64,000 nucleotides of DNA from the human T2T-CHM13v2.0 reference genome, Homo sapiens. The notes beneath the pieces were generated by a model. It had not been told where the DNA came from and searched no databases. It saw only the letters and a list, made by a program, of their open reading frames with translations. The position numbers and the translations under genes are program-made. Location: assembly GCF_009914755.1 (NCBI RefSeq), contig NC_060927.1. One strand, 5' to 3'. This document shows, piece after piece, positions 29,201 through 45,930 of the stretch (the stretch's first letter is position 1; every line of letters starts with the position of its first letter).

Positions 29201-32200
29201 TATAATATCAATGTACCCCAAATATATATTTGATAATCTACATGAAATATCAAAGTTCAGAAACCATACATTATATACTGTACATAAAATATCAAAGTAC
29301 CCAAGGTATATATTCTATACTGTACAAAAAATATCAAAGTACCCAAAGCATGTATTATATACTGTACATAATATATGAAAGTACATCAAATATATATTTT
29401 ATTCTGTACATAAAATATAAAAGTACACCAGATATATATTCTATAGTGTACATAAAATATCAAAGTACCCAAACTGTACATTATATACTGTACATAAAAT
29501 ATGAAATTACATCAAATATATATTATATTAGGTACATAAAATACGAAAGTACATCAAATATAGATTATATACTGTACATAAAATATCAAAGTACCCCAAT
29601 ATATATTATATACTGTACATGAAATATCAAAGTTCACAAACTATATATTATGTACTGTACATAAAATATCAAAGTACCCAAGGTATATATTCTATACTGT
29701 ACAAAAAATATCAAAGTACCCAAAGCATGTATTATATAATGTACATAAAATATGAAAGTACATCAAATATATATTTTATTCTGTACATAAAATATCAAAG
29801 AACACCAGATATATATTCTATAGTGTACATAAAATATCAAAGTACCCAAACTATACATTATATACTGTACATAAAATATGAAATTACAGCAAATATATAT
29901 TATATTAGGTACATAAAATATGAAAGTACATCAAATATAGATTATATACTGTACATTAAATACCAAAGTACCCCAAATATATATTTTATACTGTACATGA
30001 AATATCAAAGTTCACAAACTATATATTATATACTGTACATAAAATATCAATGTACCCAAGGTATATATTCTATACTGCACAAAAAATATCAAAGTACACA
30101 AAGCATGTATTATATACTGTATATAAAATATGAAAGTACATCAAATATATATTTTATTCTGTACATAAAATATCAAAGTACACCAGATATATATTCTATA
30201 GTGTACATAAAATATCAAAGTACCCAAACTATACATTATATACTGTACATAAAATATGAAATTACATCAAATATATATTATATTAGGTACATAAAATACG
30301 AAAGTACATCAAATATAGATTATATACTGTACATAAAATATCAAAGTACCCCAATATATATTATATACTGTACATGAAATATCAAAGTTCACAAACTATA
30401 TATTATGTACTGTACATAAAATATCAAAGTACCCAAGGTATATATTCTATACTGTACAAAAAATATCAAAGTACCCAAAGCATGTATTATATAATGTACA
30501 TAAAATATGAAAGTACATCAAATATATATTTTATTCTGTACATAAAATATCAAAGAACACCAGATATATATTCTATAGTGTACATAAAATATCAAAGTAC
30601 CCAAACTATACATTATATACTGTACATAAAATATGAAATTACATCATATATATATTAGGTACATAAAATATGAAAGTACATCAAATATATATTTTATTCT
30701 GTACATAAAATATCAAAGTACACCAGATATATATTCTATAGTGTACATAAAATAACAAAGTACACAAACTATAAATTATATACTGTACATAAAATATGAA
30801 ATTACATCAAATATATATTAGGTACATAAAATATGAAAGTACATCAAATATAGATTATATACTGTACATATAATATCAATGTACCCGAAATATATATTTT
30901 ATACTCTACATGAAATATCAAAGTTCACAAACCATATATTGTATACTGCACATAAAATATCAAAATAACCAAGGTATATATTCTATACTGTACAAAAAAT
31001 ATCAAAGTACCCAAAGCAGGTATTATATACTGTACATAAAATATGAAAGTACATCAAATATATATTTTATTCTGTACATAAAATATCAAAGTACACCAGA
31101 TATATATTCTATAGCGTACATAAAATATCAAAGTACACAAACTATACATTATATACTGTACATAAAATATGAAATTACATCAAATATATATTATATTAGG
31201 TACATAAAATATGAAAGTACATCAAATATAGATTATATACTGTAAATATAATATCAATGTACCCCAAATATATATTTTATACTCTACATGAAATATCAAA
31301 GTTCACAAACCATATATTATATACTGTACATAAAATATCAAAGTACCTAAGGTATATATTCTATACTGTAAAAAAAATATCAAAGTACACAAAGCATGTA
31401 TTATATACTGTACATAAAATATGAAATTACATCAAATATATATTATATTAGGTACATAAAATATGAAAGTACATCAAATATAGATTATATACTGTACATA
31501 AAATATCAAAGTACCCCAAATATATATTATATACTGTACATGTAATATCAAAGTTCACAACTATATATTACATACTGTACATAAAATATCAAAGTACCCA
31601 AGGTATATATTCTATACTGTACAAAAAATATCAAAGTACCCAAAGCATGTATTATATACTGTACATAAAATATGAAAGTACATCAAATATATATTTTATT
31701 CTGTACATAAAATATCAAAGTACACCAGATATATATTCTACAGTGTATATAAAGTATTAAAGTACCCAAACTATACATTATATACTGTACATAAAATATG
31801 AAATTACATCAAATATATATTATATTAGGTACATAAAATATGAAAGTACATGAAGTATAGATTATATACTGTACATAAAATATCAAAGTACCCCAAATTT
31901 ATATTATATACTATACATGAAATATCAAAGTTCACAAACTATATATTATATACTGTACATAAAATATCAAAGTACCCAAAGTATATATTCTATAGTGTAC
32001 AAAAAATATCAAAGTACCCAAAGCATGTATTATATACCGTACATAAAATATAAAATTACATCAAATATATATTTTATTCTGTACATAAAATATCAAAGTA
32101 CACCAGATATATATACTATAGTGTACATAAAATATCAAAGTACCCAAACTATACATTATACACTGTACATAAAATATGAAATTATATCAAATATATATTA

Positions 32201-35200
32201 GGTACATAAAATATGAAAGTACATCAAATATAGATTATATACTGTAAATATAATATCAATGTACCCCAAATATATATTTTATACTCTACATGAAATATCA
32301 AAGTTCACAAACCATATATTATATACTGTACATAAAATATCAAAGTACCCAAGTTATATATTCTATACTGTACAAAAAATATCAAAGTACCCAAAGCATG
32401 TATTATATACTGTACATAAAATATGAAAGTACATCAAATATATATTTTATTCTGTACATAAAATATCAAAGTACACTAGATATATATTCTATAGTGTACA
32501 TAAAACATCAAAATACCCAAACTATACATTATATACTGTACATAAAATATGAGATTACATCAAATATATATTATATTAGGTACATAAAATATGAAAGTAC
32601 ATCAAATATAGATTATATACTGTACATAAAATATCAAAGTACCCCGAATATATATTATATACTCTACATGAAATATCAAAGTTCACAAACTATATATTAT
32701 ATACTGTACATAAAATATCAAAGTACCCAAGGTATATATTCTATACTGTACAAAAAATATCAAAGTACCCAAAGCATGTATTATATACTGTATATAAAAT
32801 AAGAAAGTACATTAAATATATATTTTATTCTGTACATAAAATATCAAAGTACACCAGATATATATTCTATAGTGTACATAAAATAACAAAGTACACAAAC
32901 TATAAATTATATACTGTACATAAAATATGAAATTACATCAAATATATATTAGGTACATAAAATATGAAAGTACATCAAATATAGATTATATACTGAACAT
33001 ATAATATCAATGTACCCCAAATATATATTTGATACTCTACATGAAATATCAAAGTTCAGAAACCATACATTATATACTGTACATAAAATATCAAAGTACC
33101 CAAGGTATATATTCTATACTGTACAAAAAATATCAAAGTACCCAAAGCATGTATTATATACTGTAGATAATATATGAAAGTACATCAAATATATATTTTA
33201 TTCTGTACATAAAATATCAAAGTACACCAGATATATATTCTATAGAGTACATAAAATATCAAAGTACCCAAACTATACATTATATACTGTACATAAAATA
33301 TGAAATTACATCAAATATATATTAGGTACATAAAATATGAAAGTACATCAAATAGATATTTTATTCTGTACATAAAATATCAAAGTACACCAGATATATA
33401 TTCTATAGTGTACATAAAATAACAAAGTACACAAACTATAAATTATATACTGTACATAAAATATGAAATTACATCAAATATATATTAGGTACATAAAATA
33501 TGAAAGTACATCAAATATAGATTATATACTGTACATATAATATCAATGTACCCGAAATATATATTTTATACTCTACATGAAATATCAAAGTTCACAAACC
33601 ATATATTGTATACTGCACATAAAATATCAAAATACCCAAGGTATATATTCTATACTGTACAAAAAATATCAAAGTACCCAAAGCAGGTATTATATACTGT
33701 ACATAAAATATGAAAGTACATCAAATATATATTTTATTCTGTACATAAAATATCAAAATACACCAGATATATATTCTATAGCGTACATAAAATATTCAAA
33801 TTACACAAACTATACATTATATACTGTACATAAAATATGAAATTACATCAAATATATATTATATTAGGTACATAAAATATGAAAGTACATCAAATATAGA
33901 TTATATACTGTACATTAAATACCAAAGTACCCCAAATATATATTTTATACTGTACATGAAATTTCAAAGTTCACAAACTATATATTATATACTGTACATA
34001 AAATATCAAAGTACCCAAGGTATATATTCTATACTGTGCAAAAAATATCAAAGTACCCAAAGCATGTATTATATACTGTATATAAAATATGAAAGTACAT
34101 CAAATATATATTTTATTCTGTACATAAAATATCAAAGTACACCAGATATATATTCTATAGTGTACATAAAATAACAAAGTACACAAACTATAAATTATAT
34201 ACTGTACGTAAAATATGAAATTACATCAAATATATATTAGGTACATAAAATACGAAAGTACATCAAATATAGATTATATACTGTACATAAAATATCAAAG
34301 TACCCCAATATATATTATATACTGTACATGAAATATCAAAGTTCACAAACTATATATTATGTACTGTACATAAAATATCAAAGTACCCAAGGTATATATT
34401 CTATACTGTACAAAAAATATCAAAGTACCCAAAGCATGTATTATATAATGTACATAAAATATGAAAGTACATCAAATATATATTTTATTCTGTACATAAA
34501 ATATCAAAGAACACCAGATATATATTCTATAGTGTACATAAAATATCAAAGTACCCAAACTATACATTATATACTGTACATAAAATATGAAATTACATCA
34601 TATATATATTAGGTACATAAAATATGAAAGTACATCAAATATATGTTTTATTCTGTACGTAAAATATCAAAGTACACCAGATATATATTCTATAGTGTAC
34701 ATAAAATAACAAAGTACACAAACTATAAATTATATACTGTACATAAAATATGAAATTACATCAAATATATATTAGGTACATAAAATATGAAAGTACATCA
34801 AATATAGATTATATACTGTACATATAATATCAATGTACCCGAAATATATATTTTATACTCTACATGAAATATCAAAGTTCACAAACCATATATTGTATAC
34901 TGCACATAAAATATCAAAATTCCCAAGGTATATATTCTATACTGTACAAAAAATATCAAAGTACCCAAAGCAGGTATTATATACTGTATATAAAATATGA
35001 AAGTACATCAAATATATATTTTATTCTGTACATAAAATATCAAAGTACACCAGATATATATTCTATAGTGTACATAAAATAACAAAGTACACAAACTATA
35101 AATTATATACTGTACGTAAAATATGAAATTACATCAAATATATATTAGGTACATAAAATATGAAAGTACATCAAATATAGATTATATACCGTACATAAAA

Positions 35201-38200
35201 TATCAAAGTACCCCAAATATATATTATATACTATACATGAAATATCAAATATCACAAACTATATATTATATACTGTACATAAAATATCAAAGTACCCAAT
35301 GTATATATTCTATAGTGTACAAAAAATATCAAAGTACCCAAAGCATGTATTATATACTGTACATAAAATATAAAAGTACATCAAATATATATTTTATTCT
35401 GTACATAAAATATGAAAGTACACCAGATATATATTCTATAGTGTACATAAAATATCAAAGTACCCAAACTATACATTATATACTGTACATAAAATATGAA
35501 ATTACATCAAATATATATTATATTAGGTACTTAAAATATGAAAGTACATCAAATATAGATTATATACTGTACATAAAATATCAAAGTACCCCAAATATAT
35601 ATTATATACTGTACATGAAATATCAAAGTTCACAACTATATATTATATACTGTACATAAAATATCAAAGTCCCCAAGGTATATATTCTATACTGTACAAA
35701 AAATATCAAAGTACACAAAGCATGTATTATATACTGTACATAAAATATGAAATTACATCAAATATATATTATATTAGGTACATAAAATATGAAAGTACAT
35801 CAGATATAGATTATATACTGTACATAAAATATCAAAGTACCCCAAATATATATTATATACTCTACATGAAATATCAAAGTTCACAAACTATATATTATAT
35901 ACTGTACATAAAATATCAAAGTACCCAAGGTATATATTCTATACTGTACAAAAAATATCAAAGTACCCAAAGCATGTATTATATACTGTACATAAAATAT
36001 GAAAGTACATCAAATATATATTTTATTCTGTACATAAAATATAAAAGTACACCAGATATATATTCTATAGTGTACATAAAATATCAAAGTACCCAAACTA
36101 TACATTATATACTGTACATAAAATATGAAATTACATCAAATATATATTATATTAGGTACATAAAATAAGAAAGTACATCAAATATAGATTATATACTGTA
36201 CATAAAATATCAAAGTACCCCAAATATATATTATATACTCTACATGAAATATCAAAGTTCACAAACTATATATTATATATGGTACATAAAATATCAAAGT
36301 ACCCAAGGTATATATTCTATACTGTACAAAAAATATCAAAGTATCCAAAGCATGTTTTATATACTGTATATAAAATATGAAAGTACATTACAGATATATT
36401 TTATTCTGTACATAAAATATCAAAATACACCAGATATATATTCTATAGTGTACATAAAATAACAAAGTACACAAACTATAAATTATATACTGTACATAAA
36501 ATATGAAATTACATCAAATATATATTAGGTACATAAAATATGAAAGTACATCAAATATAGATTATATACTGTACATATAATATCAATGTACCCCAAATAT
36601 ATATTTTATACTCTACATGAAATATCAAAGTTCACAAACCATACATTATATACTGTACATAAAATATCAAAGTACCCAAGTTATATATTCTATACTGTAC
36701 AAAAGATATCAAAGTACCCAAAGCATGTATTATATACTGTATATAAAATATGAAAGTACATCAAATATATATTATATACTGTACATAAAATATCAAAGTA
36801 CACCAGATATATATTTTATAGTGTACATAAAATATCAAAGTACCCAAAATATACATTATATACTGTACATAAAATATGAGATTACATCAAATATATATTA
36901 TATTAGGTACATAAAATATGAAAGTACATCAGATATAGATTATATACTGTACATAAAATATCAAAGTACCCCAAATATATATTATATACTCTACATGAAA
37001 TATCAAAGTTCACAAACTATATATTATATACTGTACATAAAATATCAAAGTACCCAAGGTATATATTCTATACTGTACAAAAAATATCAAAATACCCAAA
37101 GCATGTATTATATACTGTATATAAAATATGAAAATACATTAAATATATATTTTATTCTGTACATAAAATATCAAAGTACACCAGATATATATTCTATAGT
37201 GTACATAAAATAACAAAGTACACAAACTATAAATTATATACTGTACGTAAAATATGAAATTACATCAAATATATATTAGGTACATAAAATATGAAAGTAC
37301 ATCAAATATAGATTATATACCGTACATAAAATATCAAAGTACCCCAAATATATATTATATACTATACATGAAATATCAAATATCACAAACTATATATTAT
37401 ATACTGTACATAAAATATCAAAGTACCCAATGTATATATTCTATAGTGTACAAAAAATATCAAAGTACCCAAAGCATGTATTATATACTGTACATAAAAT
37501 ATAAAAGTACATCAAATATATATTTTATTCTGTACATAAAATATGAAAGTACACCAGATATATATTCTATAGTGTACATAAAATATCAAAGTACCCAAAC
37601 TATACATTATATACTGTACATAAAATATGAAATTACATCAAATATATATTATATTAGGTACTTAAAATATGAAAGTACATCAAATATAGATTATATACTG
37701 TACATAAAATATCAAAGTACCCCAAATATATATTATATACTGTACATGAAATATCAAAGTTCACAACTATATATTATATACTGTACATAAAATATCAAAG
37801 TCCCCAAGGTATATATTCTATACTGTACAAAAAATATCAAAGTACACAAAGCATGTATTATATACTGTACATAAAATATGAAATTACATCAAATATATAT
37901 TATATTAGGTACATAAAATATGAAAGTACATCAAATATAGATTATATACTGTACATAAAATATCAAAGTACCCCAAATATATATTATATACTGTACATGT
38001 AATATCAAAGTTCACAACTATATATTACATACTATACATAAAATATCAAAGTACCCAAGGTATATATTCTATACTGTACAAAAAATATCAAAGTACCCAA
38101 AGCATGTATTATATACTGTACATAAAATATGAAAGTACATCAAATATATATTTTATTCTGTACATAAAATATCAAAGTACACCAGATATATATTCTATAG

Positions 38201-41200
38201 TGTATATAAAATATCAAAGTACCCAAACTATACATTATATACTGTACATAAAATATGAAATTACATCAAATATATATTATATTAGGTACATAAAATATGA
38301 AAGTACATGAAGTATAGATTATATACTGTACATAAAATATCAAAGTACCCCAAATTTATATTATATACTATACATGAAATATCAAAGTTCACAAACTATA
38401 TATTATATACTGTACATAAAATATCAAAGTACCCAAGGTATATATTCTATAGTGTACAAAAAATATCAAAGTACCCAAAGCATGTATTATATACCGTACA
38501 TAAAATATAAAATTACATCAAATATATATTTTATTCTGTACATAAAATATCAAAGTACACCAGATATATATACTATAGTGTACATAAAATATCAAAGTAC
38601 CCAAACTATACATTATACACTGTACATAAAATATGAAATTACATCAAATATATATTAGGTACATAAAATATGAAAGTACATCAAATATAGATTATATACT
38701 GTAAATATAATATCAATGTACCCCAAATATATATTTTATACTCTACATGAAATATCAAAGTTCACAAACCATATATTATATACTGTACATAAAATATCAA
38801 AGTACCCAAGGTATATATTCTATACTGAACAAAAAATATCAAAGTACCCAAAGCATGTATTATATACTGTACATAAAATATGAAAGTACATCAAATATAT
38901 ATTTTATTCTGTACATAAAATATCAAAGTACACCAGATATATATTCTATAGTGTACATAAAATATCAAAGTACCCAAACTATACATTATATACTGTACAT
39001 AAAATATGAAATTACATCAAATATATATTATATTAGGTACATGAAATATGAAAGTACATCAAATATAGATTATATACTGTACATAAAATATGAAAGTACC
39101 CCAAATATATATTATATACTCTACATGAAATATCAAAGTTCACAAACTATATATTATATACTGTACATAAAATATCAAAGTACCCAAGGTATATATTCTA
39201 TACTGTACAAAAAATATCAAAGTATCCAAAGCATGTATTATATACTGTATATAAAATATGAAAGTACATCAAATATATATTTTATTCTGTACATAAAATA
39301 TCAAAGTACACCAGATATATATTCTATAGTGTACATAAAATAACAAAGTACACAAACTATAAATTATATACTGTACATAAAATATGAAATTACATCAAAT
39401 ATATATTAGGTACATAAAATATGAAAGTACATCAAATATAGATTATATACTGAACATATAATATCAATGTACCCCAAATATATATTTGATACTCTACATG
39501 AAATATCAAAGTTCAGAAACCATACATTATATACTGTACATAAAATATCAAAGTACCCAAAGTATATATTCTATACTGTACAAAAAATATCAAAGTAACC
39601 AAAGCATGTATTATATACTGTACATAATATATGAAAGTACATCAAATATATATTTTATTCTGTACATAAAATATCAAAGTACACCAGGTATATATTCTAT
39701 AGTGTACATAAAATATCAAAGTACCCAAACTATACATTCTATACTGTACATAAAATATGAAATTACATCAAATATATATTAGGTACATAAAATATGAAAG
39801 TACATCAAATATAGATTATATACTGTACATAAAATATCAAAGTACCTCAAATATATATTATATAATCTACATGAAATATCAAAGTTCACAAACTATATAT
39901 TATATACTGTACATAAAATATCAAAGTACCCAAGGTATATATTCTATACTGTACAAAAAATATCAAGGTACCCAAAGCATGTATTATATACTGTACATAA
40001 AATATGAAAGTACATCAAATATATATTTTATTCTGTACATAAAATATCAAAGTACACCAGATATATATTCTATAGTGTACATAAAATAACAAAGTACCCA
40101 AACTATACATTATATACTGTACATAAAATATGAAATTACATCAAATATATATTAGGTACATAAAATATGAAAGAACATCAAACATAGATTATATACTGTA
40201 CAAAAAATATCAAAGTACCCCAAATATATATTATATACTCTACATGAAATATCAAATTTCACAAACTATATATTATATACTGTACATAAAATATCAAAGT
40301 ACCCAAGGTATATATTCTATACTGTACAAAAAATATCAAAGTACCCAAAGCATGTATTATATACTGTATATAAAATATGAAAGTACATCAAATATATATT
40401 TTATTCTGTACATAAAATATCAAAGTACACCAGATATATATTCTATAGTGTACATAAAATAACAAAGTACACAAACTATAAATTATATACTGTACATAAA
40501 ATATGAAATTACATCAAATATATATTAGGTACATAAAATATGAAAGTACATCAAATATAGATTATATACTGTACATATAATATCAATGTACCCGAAATAT
40601 ATATTTTATACTCTACATGAAATATCAAAGTTCACAAACCATATATTATATACTGTGCATAAAATATCAAAGTACCCAAGGTATATATTCTATACTGTAC
40701 AAAAAATATCAAAGTACCCAAAGCATGTATTATATACTGTACATAAAATATGAAATTACATCAAATATATATTTTATTCTGTACATAAAATATCAAAGTA
40801 CACCAGATATATATTCTATAGTGTACATAAAATATCAAAGTACCCAAACTATACATTATATACTGTACATAAAATGTGAAATTACATCAAATATATATTA
40901 TATTAGGTACATAAAATATGAAAGCACATCAAATATAGATTATATACTGTACATTAAATACCAATGTACCCCAAATATATATTTTATACTGTACATGAAA
41001 TATCAAAGTTCACACACTATATATTATATACTGTACATAAAATATCAAAGTACCCAAGGTATATATTCTATACTGTACAAAAAACATCAAAGTACCCAAA
41101 GCATGTATTATATACTGTACATAAAATATGAAAGTACATCAAATATATATTTTATTCTGTACATAAAATATCAAAGTACACCAGATATATATTCTATAGT

Positions 41201-44200
41201 GTACATAAAATATCAAAGTACCCAAACTATACATTATATACTGTACATAAAATATGAAATTACATCAAATATATATTATATTAGGTACATAAAATAAGAA
41301 AGTACATCAAATATAGATTATATACTGTACATAAAATATCAAAGTACCCCAAATATATATTATATACTCTACATGAAATATCAAAGTTCACAAACTATAT
41401 ATTATATACTGTACATAAAATATCAAAGTACCCAAGGTATATATTCTATACTGTACAAAAAATATCAAAGTATCCAAAGCATGTTTTATATACTGTATAT
41501 AAAATATGAAAGTACATTAAAGATATATTTTATTCTGTACATAAAATATCAAAATACACCAGATATATATTCTATAGTGTACATAAAATAACAAAGTATA
41601 CAAACTATAAATTATATACTGTACATAAAATATGAAATTACATCAAATATATATTAGGTACATAAAATATGAAAGTACATCAAATATAGATTATATACTG
41701 TACATATAATATCAATGTACCCCAAATATATATTTTATACTCTACATGAAATATCAAAGTTCACAAACCATACATTATATACTGTACATAAAATATCAAA
41801 GTACCCAAGTTATATATTCTATACTGTACAAAAGATATCAAAGTACCCAAAGCATGTATTATATACTGTATATAAAATATGAAAGTACATCAAATATATA
41901 TTATATACTGTACATAAAATATCAAAGTACACCAGATATATATTTTATAGTGTACATAAAATATCAAAGTACCCAAACTATACATTATATACTGTACATA
42001 AAATATGAGATTACATCAAATATATATTATATTAGGTACATAAAATATGAAAGTACATCAGATATAGATTATATACTGTACATAAAATATCAAAGTACCC
42101 CAAATATATATTATATACTCTACATGAAATATCAAAGTTCACAAACTATATATTATATACTGTACATAAAATATCAAAGTACCCAAGGTATATATTCTAT
42201 ACTGTACAAAAAATATCAAAATTCCCAAAGCATGTATTATATACTGTATATAAAATATGAAAATACACTAAATATATATTTTATTCTGTACATAAAATAT
42301 CAAAGTACACCAGATATATATTCTATAGTGTACATAAAATAACAAAGTACACAAACTATAAATTATATACTGTACGTAAAATATGAAATTACATCAAATA
42401 TATATTAGGTACATAAAATATGAAAGTACATCAAATATAGATTATATACTGTACATATAATATCAATGTACCCCAAATATATATTTTATACTCTACATGA
42501 AATATCAAAGTTCACAAACCATACATTATATACTTTCCATAAAATATCAAAGTACCCATGGCATATATTCTATACTGTACAAAAGATATCAAAGTACCCA
42601 AAGCATGTATTATATACTGTACATAAAATATGAAAGTACATCAAATATATATTTTATTCTGTACATAAAATATCAAAGTACACCAGATATATATTCTATA
42701 GTGTACATAAAATATCAAAGTACCCAAACTATATATTATATACTGTACATAAAATATGAAATTACATCAAATATGTATTATATTAGGTACATAAAATATG
42801 AAAGTACATCAAATATAGATTATATACCGTACATAAAATATCAAAGTACCCCAAATATATATTATATACTATACATGAAATATCAAATATCACAAACTAT
42901 ATATTATATACTGTACATAAAATATCAAAGTACCCAATGTATATATTCTATAGTGTACAAAAAATATCAAAGTACCCAAAGCATGTATTATATACTGTAC
43001 ATAAAATATAAAAGTACATCAAATATATATTTTATTCTGTACATAAAATATGAATGTACACCAGATATATATTCTATAGTGTACATAAAATATCAAAGTA
43101 CCCAAACTATACATTATATACTGTACATAAAATATGAAATTACATAAAATATATATTGTATTAGGTACTTAAAATATGAAAGTACATCAAATATAGATTA
43201 TATACTGTACATAAAATATCAAAGTACCCCAAATATATATTATATACTGTACATGAAATATCAAAGTTCACAACTATATATTATATACTGTACATAAAAT
43301 ATCAAAGTCCCCAAGGTATATATTCTATACTGTACAAAAAATATCAAAGTACACAAAGCATGTATTATATACTGTACATAAAATATGAAATTACATCAAA
43401 TATATATTATATTAGGTACATAAAATATGAAAGTACATCAAATATAGATTATATACTGTACATAAAATATCAAAGTACCCCAAATATATATTATATACTG
43501 TACATGTAATATCAAAGTTCACAACTATATATTACATACTGTACATAAAATATCAAAGTACCCAAGGTATATATTCTATACTGTACAAAAAAATCAAAGT
43601 ACCCAAAGCATGTATTATATACTGTACATAAAATATGAAAGTACATCAAATATATATTTTATTCTGTACATAAAATATCAAAGTACACCAGATATATATT
43701 CTATAGTGTATATAAAATATCAAAGTACCCAAACTATACATTATATACTGTACATAAAATATGAAATTACATCATATATATATTAGGTACATAAAATATG
43801 AAATTACATCAAATATATATTTTATTCTGTACATAAAATATCAAAGTACACCAGATATATATTCTATAGTGTACATAAAATAACAAAGTACACAAACTAT
43901 AAATTATATACTGTACATAAAATATGAAATTACATCAAATATATATTAGGTACATAAAATATGAAAGTACATCAAATATAGATTATATACTGTACATATA
44001 ATATCAATGTACCCGAAATATATATTTTATACTCTACATGAAATATCAAAGTTCACAAACCATATATTGTATACTGCACATAAAATATCAAAATACCCAA
44101 GGTATATATTCTATACTGTACAAAAAATATCAAAGTACCCAAAGCAGGTATTATATACTGTACATAAAATATGAAAGTACATCAAATATATATTTTATTC

Positions 44201-45930
44201 TGTACATAAAATATCAAAGTACACCAGATATATATTCTATAGCGTACATAAAATATCAAAGTACACAAACTATACATTATATACTGTACATAAAATATGA
44301 AATTACATCAAATATATATTATATTAGGTACATAAAATATGAAAGTACATCAAATATAGATTATATACTGTAAATATAATATCAATGTACCCCAAATATA
44401 TATTTTATACTCTACATGAAATATCAAAGTTCACAAACCATATATTATATACTGTACATAAAATATCAAAGTACCCAAGGTATATATTCTATACTGTACA
44501 AAAAATATCAAAGTACCCAAAGCATGTATTATATACTGTACATAAAATATGAAAGTACATCAAATATATATTTTATTCTGTACATAAAATATCAAAGTAC
44601 ACCAGATATATATTCTATAGTGTACATAAAATATCAAAGTACCCAAACTATACATTATATACTGTACATAAAATATGAAATTACATCAAATATATATTAT
44701 ATTATGTACATGAAATATGAAAGTACATCAAATATAGATTATATACTGTACATAAAATATGAAAGTACCCCAAATATATATTATATACTCTACATGAAAT
44801 ATCAAAGTTCACAAACTATATATTATATACTGTACATAAAATATCAAAGTACCCAAGGTATATATTCTATACTGTACAAAAAATATCAAAGTATCCAAAG
44901 CATGTATTATATACTGTATATAAAATATGAAAGTACATCAAATATATATTTTATTCTGTACATAAAATATCAAAGTACACCAGATATATATTCTATAGTG
45001 TACATAAAATATCAAAGTACCCAAACTATACATTATATACTGTACATAAAATATGAAATTACAGCAAATATATATTATATTAGGTACATAAAATATGAAA
45101 GTACATCAAATATAGATTATATACTGTACATAAAATATCAAAGTACCCCAAATATATATTATATACTGTACATAAAATATCAAAGTTCACAACTATATAT
45201 TATATACTGTACATAAAATATCAAAGTCCCCAAGGTATATATTCTATACTGTACAAAAAATATCAAAGTACACAAAGCATGTATTATATACTGTACATAA
45301 AATATGAAATTACATCAAATATATATTATATTAGGTACATAAAATATGAAAGTACATCAAATATAGATTATATACTGTACATAAAATATCAAAGTACCCC
45401 AAATATATATTATATACTGTACATGTAATATCAAAGTTCACAACTATATATTACATACTGTACATAAAATATCAAAGTACCCAAGGTATATATTCTATAC
45501 TGTACAAAAAATATCAAAGTACCCAAAGCATGTATTATATACTGTATATAAAATATGAAAGTACATCAAATATATATTTTATTCTGTACATAAAATATCA
45601 AAGTACACCAGATATATATTCTATAGTGTACATAAAATATCAAGGTACCCAAACTATACATTATATACTGTACATAAAATATGAAATTACATCAAATATA
45701 TATTATATTAGGTACATAAAATACGAAAGTACATCAAATATAGATTATATACTGTACATAAAATATCAAAGTACCCCAATATATATTATATACTGTACAT
45801 GAAATATCAAAGTTCACAAACTATATATTATGTACTGTACATAAAATATCAAAGTACCCAAGGTATATATTCTATACTGTACAAAAAATATCAAAGTACC
45901 CAAAGCATGTATTATATACTGTACATAAAA
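20200..45930 (+). repeat. Domain C: shuffled mosaic of 373/378-bp units, truncated 4-mer and 6-mer units, and dispersed kb-scale duplicated blocks
   Basis: Shared rare variants recur at irregular offsets (2125, 2131, 3954, 5129, 11054, 13123, 17511, 18252). Examples: CCATGG at 24304, 26429, 42556; ATGAAGTATAG at 20796, 31850, 38307; CATATAATATCAATGTACCC is common here. Confidence 0.82.

Noticed and set aside
23494-44373. A regular ~13.1-kb macro-repeat (offsets 13123 and 13128)
   Set aside because: The sequence between the two matching anchors is not colinear (the offset changes to 12745, then to unrelated blocks), so it is a mosaic rather than a period.
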